Source of the DNA: Candidatus Kaiserbacteria bacterium RIFCSPHIGHO2_01_FULL_53_31
GTDB lineage: Bacteria > Patescibacteriota > Minisyncoccia > Phycocordibacterales > Phycocordibacteraceae
Length of the DNA: 64,000 nt
Reading direction: 5' to 3'
NCBI GenBank assembly: GCA_001781095.1
Contig: MFKU01000005.1
Location: 3,651-67,650 of the forward strand
Shown piece by piece: positions 28,878 to 37,022 of this stretch. The notes under the pieces are model-generated. The model had not been told where the DNA came from. It did no database searches and worked only from the letters and a program-made list of their open reading frames with translations. How positions within the stretch are numbered: the stretch's first letter is position 1; the number at the start of each line of letters is the position of its first letter. Both the position numbers and the translations under genes were made by a program.

Positions 28878-29126
28878 ATGAAGAATGACTGGATTGAAGT
28901 AGATAATACTCTACAAAAGACATTCGCGTTGAGTGATTTTAAAGAGGCGCTTGCGTTTACGAATATGGTCGGCGAAATTGCAGAGCGTCTCCAGCACCAC
29001 CCGGATATTTGCATCAAGGATTTCAACAAGGTATCCATTGCAACCTCGACACATGAGGAGGGTAACATCATAACAACAAAAGACAGAGATCTTGTCGATG
29101 CCATTGATAACCTCAATATTTCCTAG
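28878..29126 (+). CDS. pterin-4a-carbinolamine dehydratase (PCD/DCoH)
   Basis: ERLQHHPDICIKDFNKVSIATSTHE matches the PCD signature [E]-x-H-H-P-x5-[YW/F]...H-[DE]. Confidence 0.8.
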   Translation: MKNDWIEVDNTLQKTFALSDFKEALAFTNMVGEIAERLQHHPDICIKDFNKVSIATSTHEEGNIITTKDRDLVDAIDNLNIS

Positions 29127-29263
29127 CTCCGCTGGGTTGGTGATGTTCGAACCGTTTTTGTGTAGAAATAGGAAAGGCCTCACGTGCGAAGAGTGAGTCC
29201 GTGTGAGGACTAACCTATCGGCCGTGAAGTCTTGATGATTCGCACACAGATACTTGAAATGCT

Positions 29264-29683
29264 TTAGGCGTCGCCGATGTAATGAATCGAGAGACCGAGC
29301 AGATGAGAATTGGTCATGACAAGACGACCTACCGCTTCCTCTTGCGTCTTGCCGATTTCGCACGATTCTTCAGGAGCTCCTAATATGCGAGCGAGATGCA
29401 CAACGCGCTCGGGCTCAGCCTGAACTTCCTCAACAATTATTCGGTGCATGGCACAACCCCTTTCCATTGCGCACTCGACTGCCGGCGGTTGCGAAGGAAC
29501 ATCAGCAGAAATTTCTTCTTCAGTCACTGCCAGTTCGTCACAGTCGCATTTCCGCATGACGCGCCAGCAGACCTCGCCCGAGACACTGTTTTCTGCCCTG
29601 CGAAAATGGACCACACCACGGGCGCAGTAGTAATGGAAATAGTTTGCCCAACTACCGCCCGTTCTTACCAATCTTGCAATCAT
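29264..29683 (-). CDS. Cys-rich hypothetical protein (possible metal-binding)
   Basis: GGAGG SD 8 nt before ATG (MIARLV...); clusters YYCARG, KCDCDE, ECAMERGCAMH. Confidence 0.45.
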   Translation of the reverse strand: MIARLVRTGGSWANYFHYYCARGVVHFRRAENSVSGEVCWRVMRKCDCDELAVTEEEISADVPSQPPAVECAMERGCAMHRIIVEEVQAEPERVVHLARILGAPEESCEIGKTQEEAVGRLVMTNSHLLGLSIHYIGDA

Positions 29684-29785
29684 AGTGCGCCTCCTACGCA
29701 TCAATTCGCTTACTGCCGTTTTGGTCTGAGACAGATCAACGTACCACTTGCAGGATACACTGTATCTTTATATTGTCAACTTTTG

Positions 29786-30109
29786 CTCCGGGAGCAGGAC
29801 TCGAACCTGCAACCAACGCCTTACACTGATCCTAAAGTTTCCTAAAGGCGTGGACTATATCATCACCGTGTCTCGGTGCGAGGCGCTTCCTGGCCACAAC
29901 TTTTCAGCTGTTGGCGAGTACTCCCCGAAGGGATAGTCTCTGAACCTTCCCGCCAGCAATGCTATAGCATAGCTTTGGGCGGGCTTGGCTGCTGATTGTC
30001 CTCGGCGTTACCGTTAGGGTTTCCAGCAATTCACCTCGTTATTCAATCTCGAATTCCTTCGAGATGCTGCCATCGACAGGGCGCTGCTCTACCATTGAGC
30101 TATCCCGGA
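29786..30109 (-). tRNA. tRNA gene (most likely Asn-GUU; Thr-UGU is the alternative) interrupted in the anticodon loop by a ~252-nt group I intron
   Basis: Exon 1 UCCGGGAUAGCUCAAUGGUAGAGCAGCGCC-CUGU; exon 2 UAA-GGCGUUGGUUGCAGGUUCGAGUCCUGCUCCCGGA-G. U1-A72 plus G73 and the loop CUGUUAA match bacterial tRNA-Asn; CCA is not encoded. Confidence 0.75.
29824..30075 (-). ncRNA. group I self-splicing intron (IC3-like, tRNA-anticodon-loop type)
   Basis: The core matches cyanobacterial tRNA-Leu and Azoarcus tRNA-Ile introns: GGAAACC-UAA, CAGCCAAGCC, and the P7 strand CAGAGACUA with its partner AUAGUCC; ends in G; no ORF. Confidence 0.7.
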
Positions 30110-30174
30110 ATATTTTGAACCAAACACGCCCAAAAGGGCGTGAATGCATATTAACTCAAAATTCACGCCTCGCA

Positions 30175-30690
30175 ATGCTACAGTACAAACACATGGGCGT
30201 GATGCTACGACTCTCGAGCTCGGCATTTGAAGATTGTGGAATCATTCCGGCGAAGTATACGTGTGATGGTAGCGCGACAATCTCGCCACCACTCACGATC
30301 TCAGGAGTGCCAGACGGGACGAAGTCATTGGTGCTCGTTATGGATGACCCGGACATTCCACAGGTAGCCAAAGATGCGCGAGGCATCGACTCATTTGACC
30401 ACTGGGTGCTCTACAATATTCCTCCCGAGACAAGAGAATTACCCGAAAGCGACAGCGGGAATGTTGGCGTCGGGGAGCTTGGCCTCAATGGGTCGGGCAG
30501 TGTTGGGTACGCGAGCCCTTGTCCGCCACCTCATCACGAGCCCAAGGAGCATTGCTACATCTTCGCGCTGTATGCGCTACGAGATACGCTCTCGTTTAAA
30601 GAAACACCGAGCAAAGAGCAAGTGCTTCAGGCGATGGAATCACTCCTTATCGCAGGGGTGACACTTATTGGACGATATTCACGGGCGTGA
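30175..30690 (+). CDS. YbhB/YbcL family phosphatidylethanolamine-binding protein (PEBP)
   Basis: AKYTCDG...ISPPL...SLVLVMDDPDIP...DHWVLYNIP...GY..PCPP motifs; start moved to 30175 because the ORF-track start overlaps the tRNA. Confidence 0.75.
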   Translation: MLQYKHMGVMLRLSSSAFEDCGIIPAKYTCDGSATISPPLTISGVPDGTKSLVLVMDDPDIPQVAKDARGIDSFDHWVLYNIPPETRELPESDSGNVGVGELGLNGSGSVGYASPCPPPHHEPKEHCYIFALYALRDTLSFKETPSKEQVLQAMESLLIAGVTLIGRYSRA

Positions 30691-30702
30691 TAGAACGAAC
30701 GT

Positions 30703-30921
30703 ATGTATATCAAAGTATTTGTCACTCCAGATTCTCGTCGCGAGCGCATTGAGGTAAAAGAGGAAATGCTGGTAATTCAGGTGAGAGAACCGGCACAAGG
30801 GAACCATGCGAACACGCGTGTGCGCGAAATAGTTGCAGCGCGGTTCAGTGTCCCCCTCTGGAAGGTGTCCATCCTGACGGGCCATCGCTCGCGAGGTAAA
30901 ATGCTGGTAGTTAACAGCTGA
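30703..30921 (+). CDS. DUF167/YggU family protein
   Basis: IKV.V.P.S...I......L.I.V.EPA..G.AN..V.E..A..F.V....V.I..G..SR.K pattern. Confidence 0.7.
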   Translation: MYIKVFVTPDSRRERIEVKEEMLVIQVREPAQGNHANTRVREIVAARFSVPLWKVSILTGHRSRGKMLVVNS

Positions 30922-30934
30922 TAACTTTTCACCT

Positions 30935-31297
30935 ATGCAGATCACGATAAAAGGGACACAGTACGAGCTTACCGATGGGACGCGCGCGTTTATCGAAGAA
31001 AAGTTTTTAGCACTTGATAAGCTCGCTCAGGGTTCTCAGAGTCCCGTATCGCTTGCGTGCGAGGTTGAGCAGTCGATCGCGGTTGAACGTGCAGGAGCGA
31101 AATATCGAGCAGAAGGGAACTTAAGTGCAGATGGCAAGATGTTCCATGCCGAGGCGTGGAGCTCAAACCTAGAGGGTGCGGTCGATCGTGTCCGTGATGA
31201 TCTCATGCACGAGCTCCGACAAGCACGCGGCCGAAAACGCGGATTTATACGCCGTGGCGGGGCGGCCTTGAAGCGACTGTTTCGATTCGGCAGTTAA
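30935..31297 (+). CDS. hpf: ribosome hibernation promoting factor (HPF/RaiA family)
   Basis: MQITIKGTQYELTDGTRAFIEEKF...LDK N-terminal signature. Confidence 0.8.
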   Translation: MQITIKGTQYELTDGTRAFIEEKFLALDKLAQGSQSPVSLACEVEQSIAVERAGAKYRAEGNLSADGKMFHAEAWSSNLEGAVDRVRDDLMHELRQARGRKRGFIRRGGAALKRLFRFGS

Positions 31298-32118
31298 CGC
31301 TCTGTATCAGCATAGTCCATCTCGCGTTTGCCTTCGGGGATGATGCGCTCAATGGTGAATAGCCCATTTTTGAATGATGCCTTCACAACTTTGGTTCGTT
31401 TACCGTCTTTAAAGAAGTAGGTGCCGATCGTGTCTGCATAGGCGCGATACTTATTCCAATTTGTGACGCCATCAACATTTAGATTCAACTCGCCCTGTTC
31501 CTTCTTAATCTTAGGTGCACGAGTGGCGAGCGATGCATCTTGCTGGACGGGAGAGATTTCTCCTTTGAGGTACTGTGGCAATGTCTTGACGAGCATTTCT
31601 GCGCCAAGATCGATCAGCCGTGGGCGGAGTTCTCTAGCTGTCTCGTCGCTTCCGATCTCGACTGATTCTTGCGCGATAATATCGCCTGCGTCGAGTTCCT
31701 TTACCATCTTCTGAATAGTGACGCCCGTCTCGCGCTCACCTGCGAGGAGTGCTGACTCCATAGGCGTAGCGCCGCGATATTTTGGTAGGAGAGAATAGTG
31801 AACGTTTAAGACGCCTTTTGGGAATGCAGCGATCAAAGATTCGGGAAAGATTTTGCCATACGCAACTACCAATGCGTAGTCACATTTGAAGTCTTGTATT
31901 TCTCGTATCGTAGTCTCGTCTAATTTCTCTGGTGTCATGGCTTGGATGCCATGCTCAAGAGCGAGCACTTTAGTCGGCGAGGGAGTGAGCACGAGCCCGC
32001 GGCCTTGTGGAGCGTCGGGTGAAGTGACAACTAATGAAGGAGTGAATCCGTGAGCAAGTAAATAGGCGAGCGTCTCGCTCGCGACCTTTGGCGTGCCGAA
32101 GAATGTGAATTTATTCAT
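31294..32118 (-). CDS. fmt: methionyl-tRNA formyltransferase
   Basis: FFGTP...SLVVTSPDAPQGRG; HYSLLPKYRGATPMESALLAGERETGVTI; start at MNKFTFF overlaps the def stop. Confidence 0.9.
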   Translation of the reverse strand: MNKFTFFGTPKVASETLAYLLAHGFTPSLVVTSPDAPQGRGLVLTPSPTKVLALEHGIQAMTPEKLDETTIREIQDFKCDYALVVAYGKIFPESLIAAFPKGVLNVHYSLLPKYRGATPMESALLAGERETGVTIQKMVKELDAGDIIAQESVEIGSDETARELRPRLIDLGAEMLVKTLPQYLKGEISPVQQDASLATRAPKIKKEQGELNLNVDGVTNWNKYRAYADTIGTYFFKDGKRTKVVKASFKNGLFTIERIIPEGKREMDYADTER

Positions 32119-32677
32119 CAATGTGTTCCCTGAGTTGGATGAGGTGCTCGGCATGGTCAACAAACAAAATACCATTTAAATGATCGACTTCGTGCTCAAA
32201 GATTTGCGCAAGGATTCCACCCGCGCCCCGGGTGAACTTCGTCCCGTCTTCGTGGCGCGCGCGGATCGTCACACGCTCATGTCGCTTGGTTGTGCCGTAG
32301 ACATTCTTCACCGAGAGGCAGCCCTCGTCCATCCGAGCTCTTTTACGTGATGTCTTCACGATCTCGGGATTGATGTAAACGTCGACTTCGGGCGTCGGAG
32401 CAGAGAAGGTTCGACCTTGAGAATTTACATCCAAGGTCGAACCTTGGATGTCGACGGGCAATATGCGATCTCTCCGAACAATAAATAACCGATACGAGAC
32501 GCTGACTTGTGGCGCGGCGAGTGCGACGCCCTCTAGCTGTTTATCGAGCGCCTCGGTCATGTGCGCTAGCAACTTCTTCAACTCAGCAGAGCCGAAGAGA
32601 TTCTCGGGCAGCGGTAGAGCCACCTCGCGCAAAACGGGTGTATCTTGCGGGACTATTTCTTCCGTCGCTTTCTTCAT
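32111..32677 (-). CDS. def: peptide deformylase
   Basis: G.ALAAPQV, EGCLSV and HEVDHLNG motifs; start taken at MKKATEE. Confidence 0.9.
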   Translation of the reverse strand: MKKATEEIVPQDTPVLREVALPLPENLFGSAELKKLLAHMTEALDKQLEGVALAAPQVSVSYRLFIVRRDRILPVDIQGSTLDVNSQGRTFSAPTPEVDVYINPEIVKTSRKRARMDEGCLSVKNVYGTTKRHERVTIRARHEDGTKFTRGAGGILAQIFEHEVDHLNGILFVDHAEHLIQLREHIDE

Positions 32678-32889
32678 ACTGCGACTATAGCAAAAATAAA
32701 AAAACACGCCGACCAGATGGTCGACGGGACAATGTTGAGTAAAAAACGAAAGGACAAAAAATCAGGGGGTGCGACGCGGGGAGGCTGCAGGAGGGGGGAT
32801 CAACTGCGAGCGAACCCGCGTCGCGTGCGCCGACTGACCATCGGGCGACCCTACATTGAATGTACACTATTATTGTTTCAGTGCAAGGG

Positions 32890-33177
32890 CTACGCGTGTT
32901 TCGTCGGATCAAGCTCCCACCAGAACTTCTTACTGAAACTTTTCGCCTGGCTGCAGATACTTTTTAAATAATAGAGATCTTTTGTCGGTATCTGCTCGAG
33001 CACGGTGCCGAGGTGCGCCATCGTCATGGGCGCGAGACCGTCATGCTTACGAGAATAATTTAGGTGGCGTAAGAAAAAACGCATCAGCTCACCACGCTCG
33101 GTGAGGCGTTTCCTTCCTTTAGGCGCTTCTGCCCGTTTCTTCTGAAACTCGGGGAGAATATCGCCAATGGATTTCAT
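32890..33177 (-). CDS. hypothetical protein (start taken at the internal Met to abut the upstream gene)
   Basis: The ORF-track start would overlap the GIY-YIG gene by 109 nt; Met at 33177 immediately follows its stop. Confidence 0.4.
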   Translation of the reverse strand: MKSIGDILPEFQKKRAEAPKGRKRLTERGELMRFFLRHLNYSRKHDGLAPMTMAHLGTVLEQIPTKDLYYLKSICSQAKSFSKKFWWELDPTKHA

Positions 33178-33458
33178 CCCGTTAGAGATAGGAAACGCTT
33201 TAGTCTGTTTTCCAGATACCGTTTCCCCGTCCCCGTTTTTAGATACTTCTCCCGCGCTGCTGCGTCGTTTATATTGCGACATGCTTCATAATATATTAAC
33301 TCATATGGACGGTGCTGCTTCGTCCACCCACGCGGACCTTTTTGATGCTGGCTGAAGCGTTTCCGTAAATCATTCGTAACTCCCGTGTACCAATATTCGC
33401 TTGAAAGACTTCTGATGACGTACACATAACACATTTTGACATCTCTAACGGGATTCAT
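33174..33458 (-). CDS. GIY-YIG nuclease superfamily protein (YhbQ-like)
   Basis: YVYVIRS...YWYTGVTNDLRKRFSQH...YELIYYE...AREKYLKTG.GKRYL. Confidence 0.75.
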   Translation of the reverse strand: MNPVRDVKMCYVYVIRSLSSEYWYTGVTNDLRKRFSQHQKGPRGWTKQHRPYELIYYEACRNINDAAAREKYLKTGTGKRYLENRLKRFLSLTG

Positions 33459-34747
33459 GTTGATTCAATTTTCGCGCCGAGTTGCTGTAATCGATGCACG
33501 ATATCTTCGTAGCCGCGATTGATGCTGTAGACATTGCGGAGCATAGAGCGGCCTGTGGCCGCGAGCATTGCGACGAGAATGATCGTCGCAGGTCGAAGCG
33601 CCGGCGGACAGATGACCTCAGCGGCTTTCAGCTTCGTCGGGCCCTCTATCGAGATGCGGTGTGGATCATGCAGTATCGTCGTCGCGCCGAGGCGGTCGAG
33701 CTCGGTGTAATAAATAGCGCGCTTCTCATACACCCAATCATGAATCAAGGTTGTTCCTTTGGCCTTTGTTGCGATCACTGCAAAGAAGGGAAGATTATCG
33801 ATGTTCAAACCCGGGTATGGGCGTGCATGAATTTTCTCGGGGAAAGCGACCAACTCGGAAGGCTCAAGCGATATATCAACGAGTTTTGTGATTCCGTTTT
33901 CTGAAATACGATTATTAGAAATTAAAAACTGCAGTCCCATTTTCTCGAGCACGAGTAACTCAACTTCAAGAAATTCTATTGGTGCGGCAGAAATAGTTAT
34001 TTCTGAGCCAGTGACGGCCGCCGCAGCGATAAAAAACATCGCGTCAGTTGGATCCTCGGCGATGCTGTAACTAATGTCTCGATTAATTTCCTCGACGCCG
34101 TGGACGGTGAGCGTAGTCGAGCCAATGCCATCTATCTCGACACCGAGATCACGCAGAAAACCGCAGACTTCTTGGACTTGATAATTTGAGGACGCGTATT
34201 TAATGATACTTGTCCCGGGGATGTGTGCAGCTGCAAGAAGCGCATTAATTGTTGCGGTGTCGCTCGATTCGTAGAGGATAATCTCTGCCGGCTCGAGCCT
34301 GGTGTGTGAGATGTCGTAGGTGTTTGAATGCGCAGTAATCGAGACACCGAATTTCTCAAGTGCCATCAAGTGTGGACGTGCAGAACGGAGACCCAAGGTG
34401 CAACCACCCGACTGCGGCAGCTCAAATTTGTCAAAATGGTGGAGTAAGGGGCCGATGAACATCAAGATGCTGCGTGTCTTCATCGCAGCCTCGCTATTAA
34501 TAGAAGCGAGATCGATCTTGTCAGGTGTTTTGATCACAAGGGTGCAATCCTTCCACTCCACATTCACGCCAATTGACTGCAAAACCTCGATTAAGCGATT
34601 TACTTCTTCGATCTTTGGCACGTGTTCAAGGGTGGTTGTGCCGCGATTCAAAAGCGAGGCGGCGAGGAGGGCAACTGCGCCATTCTTGGAGCGGCTCGTC
34701 TCGACCTTCCCCGTGAGTTTACGGCCGCCCTCAATGACGAAATTCAT
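33455..34747 (-). CDS. murA: UDP-N-acetylglucosamine 1-carboxyvinyltransferase
   Basis: MNFVIEGGRKLTGKVETSRSKNGAVALLAA...; start at the Met preceded by AAGGAGAA. Confidence 0.9.
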   Translation of the reverse strand: MNFVIEGGRKLTGKVETSRSKNGAVALLAASLLNRGTTTLEHVPKIEEVNRLIEVLQSIGVNVEWKDCTLVIKTPDKIDLASINSEAAMKTRSILMFIGPLLHHFDKFELPQSGGCTLGLRSARPHLMALEKFGVSITAHSNTYDISHTRLEPAEIILYESSDTATINALLAAAHIPGTSIIKYASSNYQVQEVCGFLRDLGVEIDGIGSTTLTVHGVEEINRDISYSIAEDPTDAMFFIAAAAVTGSEITISAAPIEFLEVELLVLEKMGLQFLISNNRISENGITKLVDISLEPSELVAFPEKIHARPYPGLNIDNLPFFAVIATKAKGTTLIHDWVYEKRAIYYTELDRLGATTILHDPHRISIEGPTKLKAAEVICPPALRPATIILVAMLAATGRSMLRNVYSINRGYEDIVHRLQQLGAKIEST

Positions 34748-34784
34748 TTCTCCTTGCATTAAATCTAGTGTAACATTGAACGCA

Positions 34785-35810
34785 ATGTCTTTCTTCTCGC
34801 CAAAACTGGGAATAGACCTCGGAACCACCAATATTCTCGTTTTTGTCCCCGGGAAAGGAGTTGTCATCAATGAACCCTCGATCGTTGCGGTGAGTAAAAC
34901 GGGCGATAAGAAGGGTCACAATAAGATCCTCGCTATCGGGGCAGAAACTAAGCAGATGATCGGCCGTACGCCGGACGGCGTTGTCGTGTATCGCCCGATG
35001 AAGGACGGCGTTATCGCGGATTATCGAGTGACTGAAGCAATGCTTCGTTACTTTATGAAGAAAGCGCTCCGCTACAATCCCTTTAAACCGACGGTGCTGA
35101 TCTCCGTACCGGCGAGCGTCACATCGACGGAGAAGAGAGCCGTTATCGAGGCTGCGCTTAAAGCAGGTGCCAAGAATGCGTATGTGGTGAAGGAGCCGAT
35201 CCTCGCAGCCATTGGCGCGGGCATCCCGATTCATGAGCCGATGGGGCGCATGGTTGCGGATATCGGCGGCGGCACTATCGACGTGGCTGTGATCTCACTC
35301 GGCGGCATCGTCGCCTCGACAAGCGTGAAGTGTGCGGGCAATCGTCTCGACCGGGCGATAGCAGACCACATAAAGAAGCATCACAATCTCTCGATCGGTG
35401 ACAAAACCGCCGAGGATGTGAAGATTAAGATCGGTGCAGCTGTCTCGGTGAATGAAGAACTCACGATGGCAGTGAAGGGGCGCGACTTCGTCTCTGGGCT
35501 ACCGCGCACAGTTGATCTCGCGACCAATGACATCGCGCAGGCGATGGGTCGGGAACTGCGCGAGATGACACAGGCAATACGAAAGGTACTTCAAGAAACG
35601 CCGCCTGAGCTCGCCGCAGATATCATTGATAATGGCATTATCCTCACTGGCGGCACGAGCCAGCTCCGACAGATGCCGGAGCTCGTCTATCGCCGCACGG
35701 GCGTCGTGGCAAAGCTCGCCCAAGACCCCTACTTCTGTGTCGTCCGCGGTACCGGCATCGCCCTCAAGCATTTGAGTACGTATCAAAAAAGTATTTTGGC
35801 AAAGAAATAA
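34785..35810 (+). CDS. mreB: MreB-like actin homolog (stand-alone paralog)
   Basis: GIDLGTTNILVFVPGKGVVINEPSIVAV...VADIGGGTIDVAVISLGGIV...; start at MSFFSPKLGIDLGT. Confidence 0.85.
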   Translation: MSFFSPKLGIDLGTTNILVFVPGKGVVINEPSIVAVSKTGDKKGHNKILAIGAETKQMIGRTPDGVVVYRPMKDGVIADYRVTEAMLRYFMKKALRYNPFKPTVLISVPASVTSTEKRAVIEAALKAGAKNAYVVKEPILAAIGAGIPIHEPMGRMVADIGGGTIDVAVISLGGIVASTSVKCAGNRLDRAIADHIKKHHNLSIGDKTAEDVKIKIGAAVSVNEELTMAVKGRDFVSGLPRTVDLATNDIAQAMGRELREMTQAIRKVLQETPPELAADIIDNGIILTGGTSQLRQMPELVYRRTGVVAKLAQDPYFCVVRGTGIALKHLSTYQKSILAKK

Positions 35811-35835
35811 AAACGAAAAGCCCCACCGAGGTGGA

Positions 35836-35885
35836 GCCTGCTGCGGCTTCGAGAGGGAAGAGCCGCAGCAGGCTTTCCTGTTATT
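35836..35885 (+). terminator. rho-independent terminator after mreB (GCCTGCTGCGGCT-12nt-AGCCGCAGCAGGC + TTTCCTGTTATT)
   Basis: 13-bp perfect GC-rich stem followed by a T-rich tract. Confidence 0.6.
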
Positions 35886-36249
35886 GCATTGGAGTGAGCA
35901 ATGTCACTACTGTGCTCCTCGCCAGCTTCTTTCTCCTCCGACACCACTTTCGCCCAATCAGGTGTCGGAGAGTCCGATATCGCCAAGTATTCTTCATTCT
36001 CTCGACACTCAGCGGCGAGCGCCGAACGAACCTCCTGCAACGGAAACAATATTGGATTTTATTGATTCGCATGAGCCTATGAGTTTCCTTCGCCCAGTTA
36101 AGTGTGCGCCAGGACCCGCAGTGTATGCACTCATGCCGCCACAGCATCCGGTCCATGATGAAGGTTACGAGAGGAACCAGAATCACGTAGAACAGAAACT
36201 TGCCTGCTGGGCTGAGCATCATGGGATTCAAATCCTCTGGACTAAACAT
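35881..36249 (-). CDS. possible small membrane protein (uncertain; C-terminal half has out-of-frame-like composition)
   Basis: Good SD AAAGGGGG 7 nt before ATG; N-terminal TM helix; R/W/C-rich tail. Confidence 0.3.
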   Translation of the reverse strand: MFSPEDLNPMMLSPAGKFLFYVILVPLVTFIMDRMLWRHECIHCGSWRTLNWAKETHRLMRINKIQYCFRCRRFVRRSPLSVERMKNTWRYRTLRHLIGRKWCRRRKKLARSTVVTLLTPMQ

Positions 36250-36394
36250 TGTTAACCCCCTTTCTTTTCTGCTAGTAGACTAACATATATAGACATCCTG
36301 TCAAATTCATTTCGCATATTCAAAATAATCACACTAAAGTAGTGAAAGGACTCCCAGCGAGACACCAGAAGTCCTTTAACGCACCCTGTGACGA

Positions 36395-36850
36395 CTAGTA
36401 CCGGATCGTCAGGCCGAGCCCGAAGACCGGCTTCGCGCCGCCTTTCTTGCCGATATCTAAATCGAGCGTGAGATTCGGCGTCACACGCCAGATGAGCGAC
36501 CCGACCGGCTTGAACATAAAGTTGTGTCGGCCATCGAGGCGCGGCCGGCCAGTGACCGACGGGTCGATGACGAACCTCACGTTCTTCACTCCCGGGAAGA
36601 GCGGTATGTCGGTTGGCAATCGAAGGCGCAGTCGCATGAATTCGTGTCTGCGTTCGCGCGCCCAGTAACCGAGATCGAGCGTCGCCTCCGACAGGAATCC
36701 GGGATGGCGGGCGAGCATTTCCTCAGCGCTCTCGAGCACGCGCTCCGTGGTAATTTTCCCCGGGTGTTCCTCATCTGCAATCGCTGCGCTCGTCACGAAC
36801 GCAGCAAGTATGACGGTAATGAAAAGATCAAACTCCCTACGTCCGCGCAT
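36395..36850 (-). CDS. secreted beta-rich hypothetical protein ending in an aromatic residue
   Basis: Signal peptide; ends ...GLGLTIRY. Confidence 0.5.
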   Translation of the reverse strand: MRGRREFDLFITVILAAFVTSAAIADEEHPGKITTERVLESAEEMLARHPGFLSEATLDLGYWARERRHEFMRLRLRLPTDIPLFPGVKNVRFVIDPSVTGRPRLDGRHNFMFKPVGSLIWRVTPNLTLDLDIGKKGGAKPVFGLGLTIRY

Positions 36851-37022
36851 GGCGGCCTCCTTTCATAGAACGATGCGATCTCGTAGTGAAGTCTTTCCAC
36901 GAGCAATTATAGGACGACTAGCCCACGTCGTCAAATACATAAAACTAATAACCTCAGTTGCAGGAGGATACAGAAAAGGCTCCCGGCGAAACGCCAGGAG
37001 CCCTCATCTGCTTTCAACCGGG

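Noticed and set aside
30064-30174. ORF-track start of the PEBP gene at 30064
   Set aside because: It would overlap the tRNA 5' exon and hairpins; the conserved PEBP domain begins after the Met at 30175.
30703-30725. AGAACGAACGT upstream of the DUF167 gene as a second LexA box
   Set aside because: GAAC-GAAC is not the GAAC-N4-GTTC palindrome.
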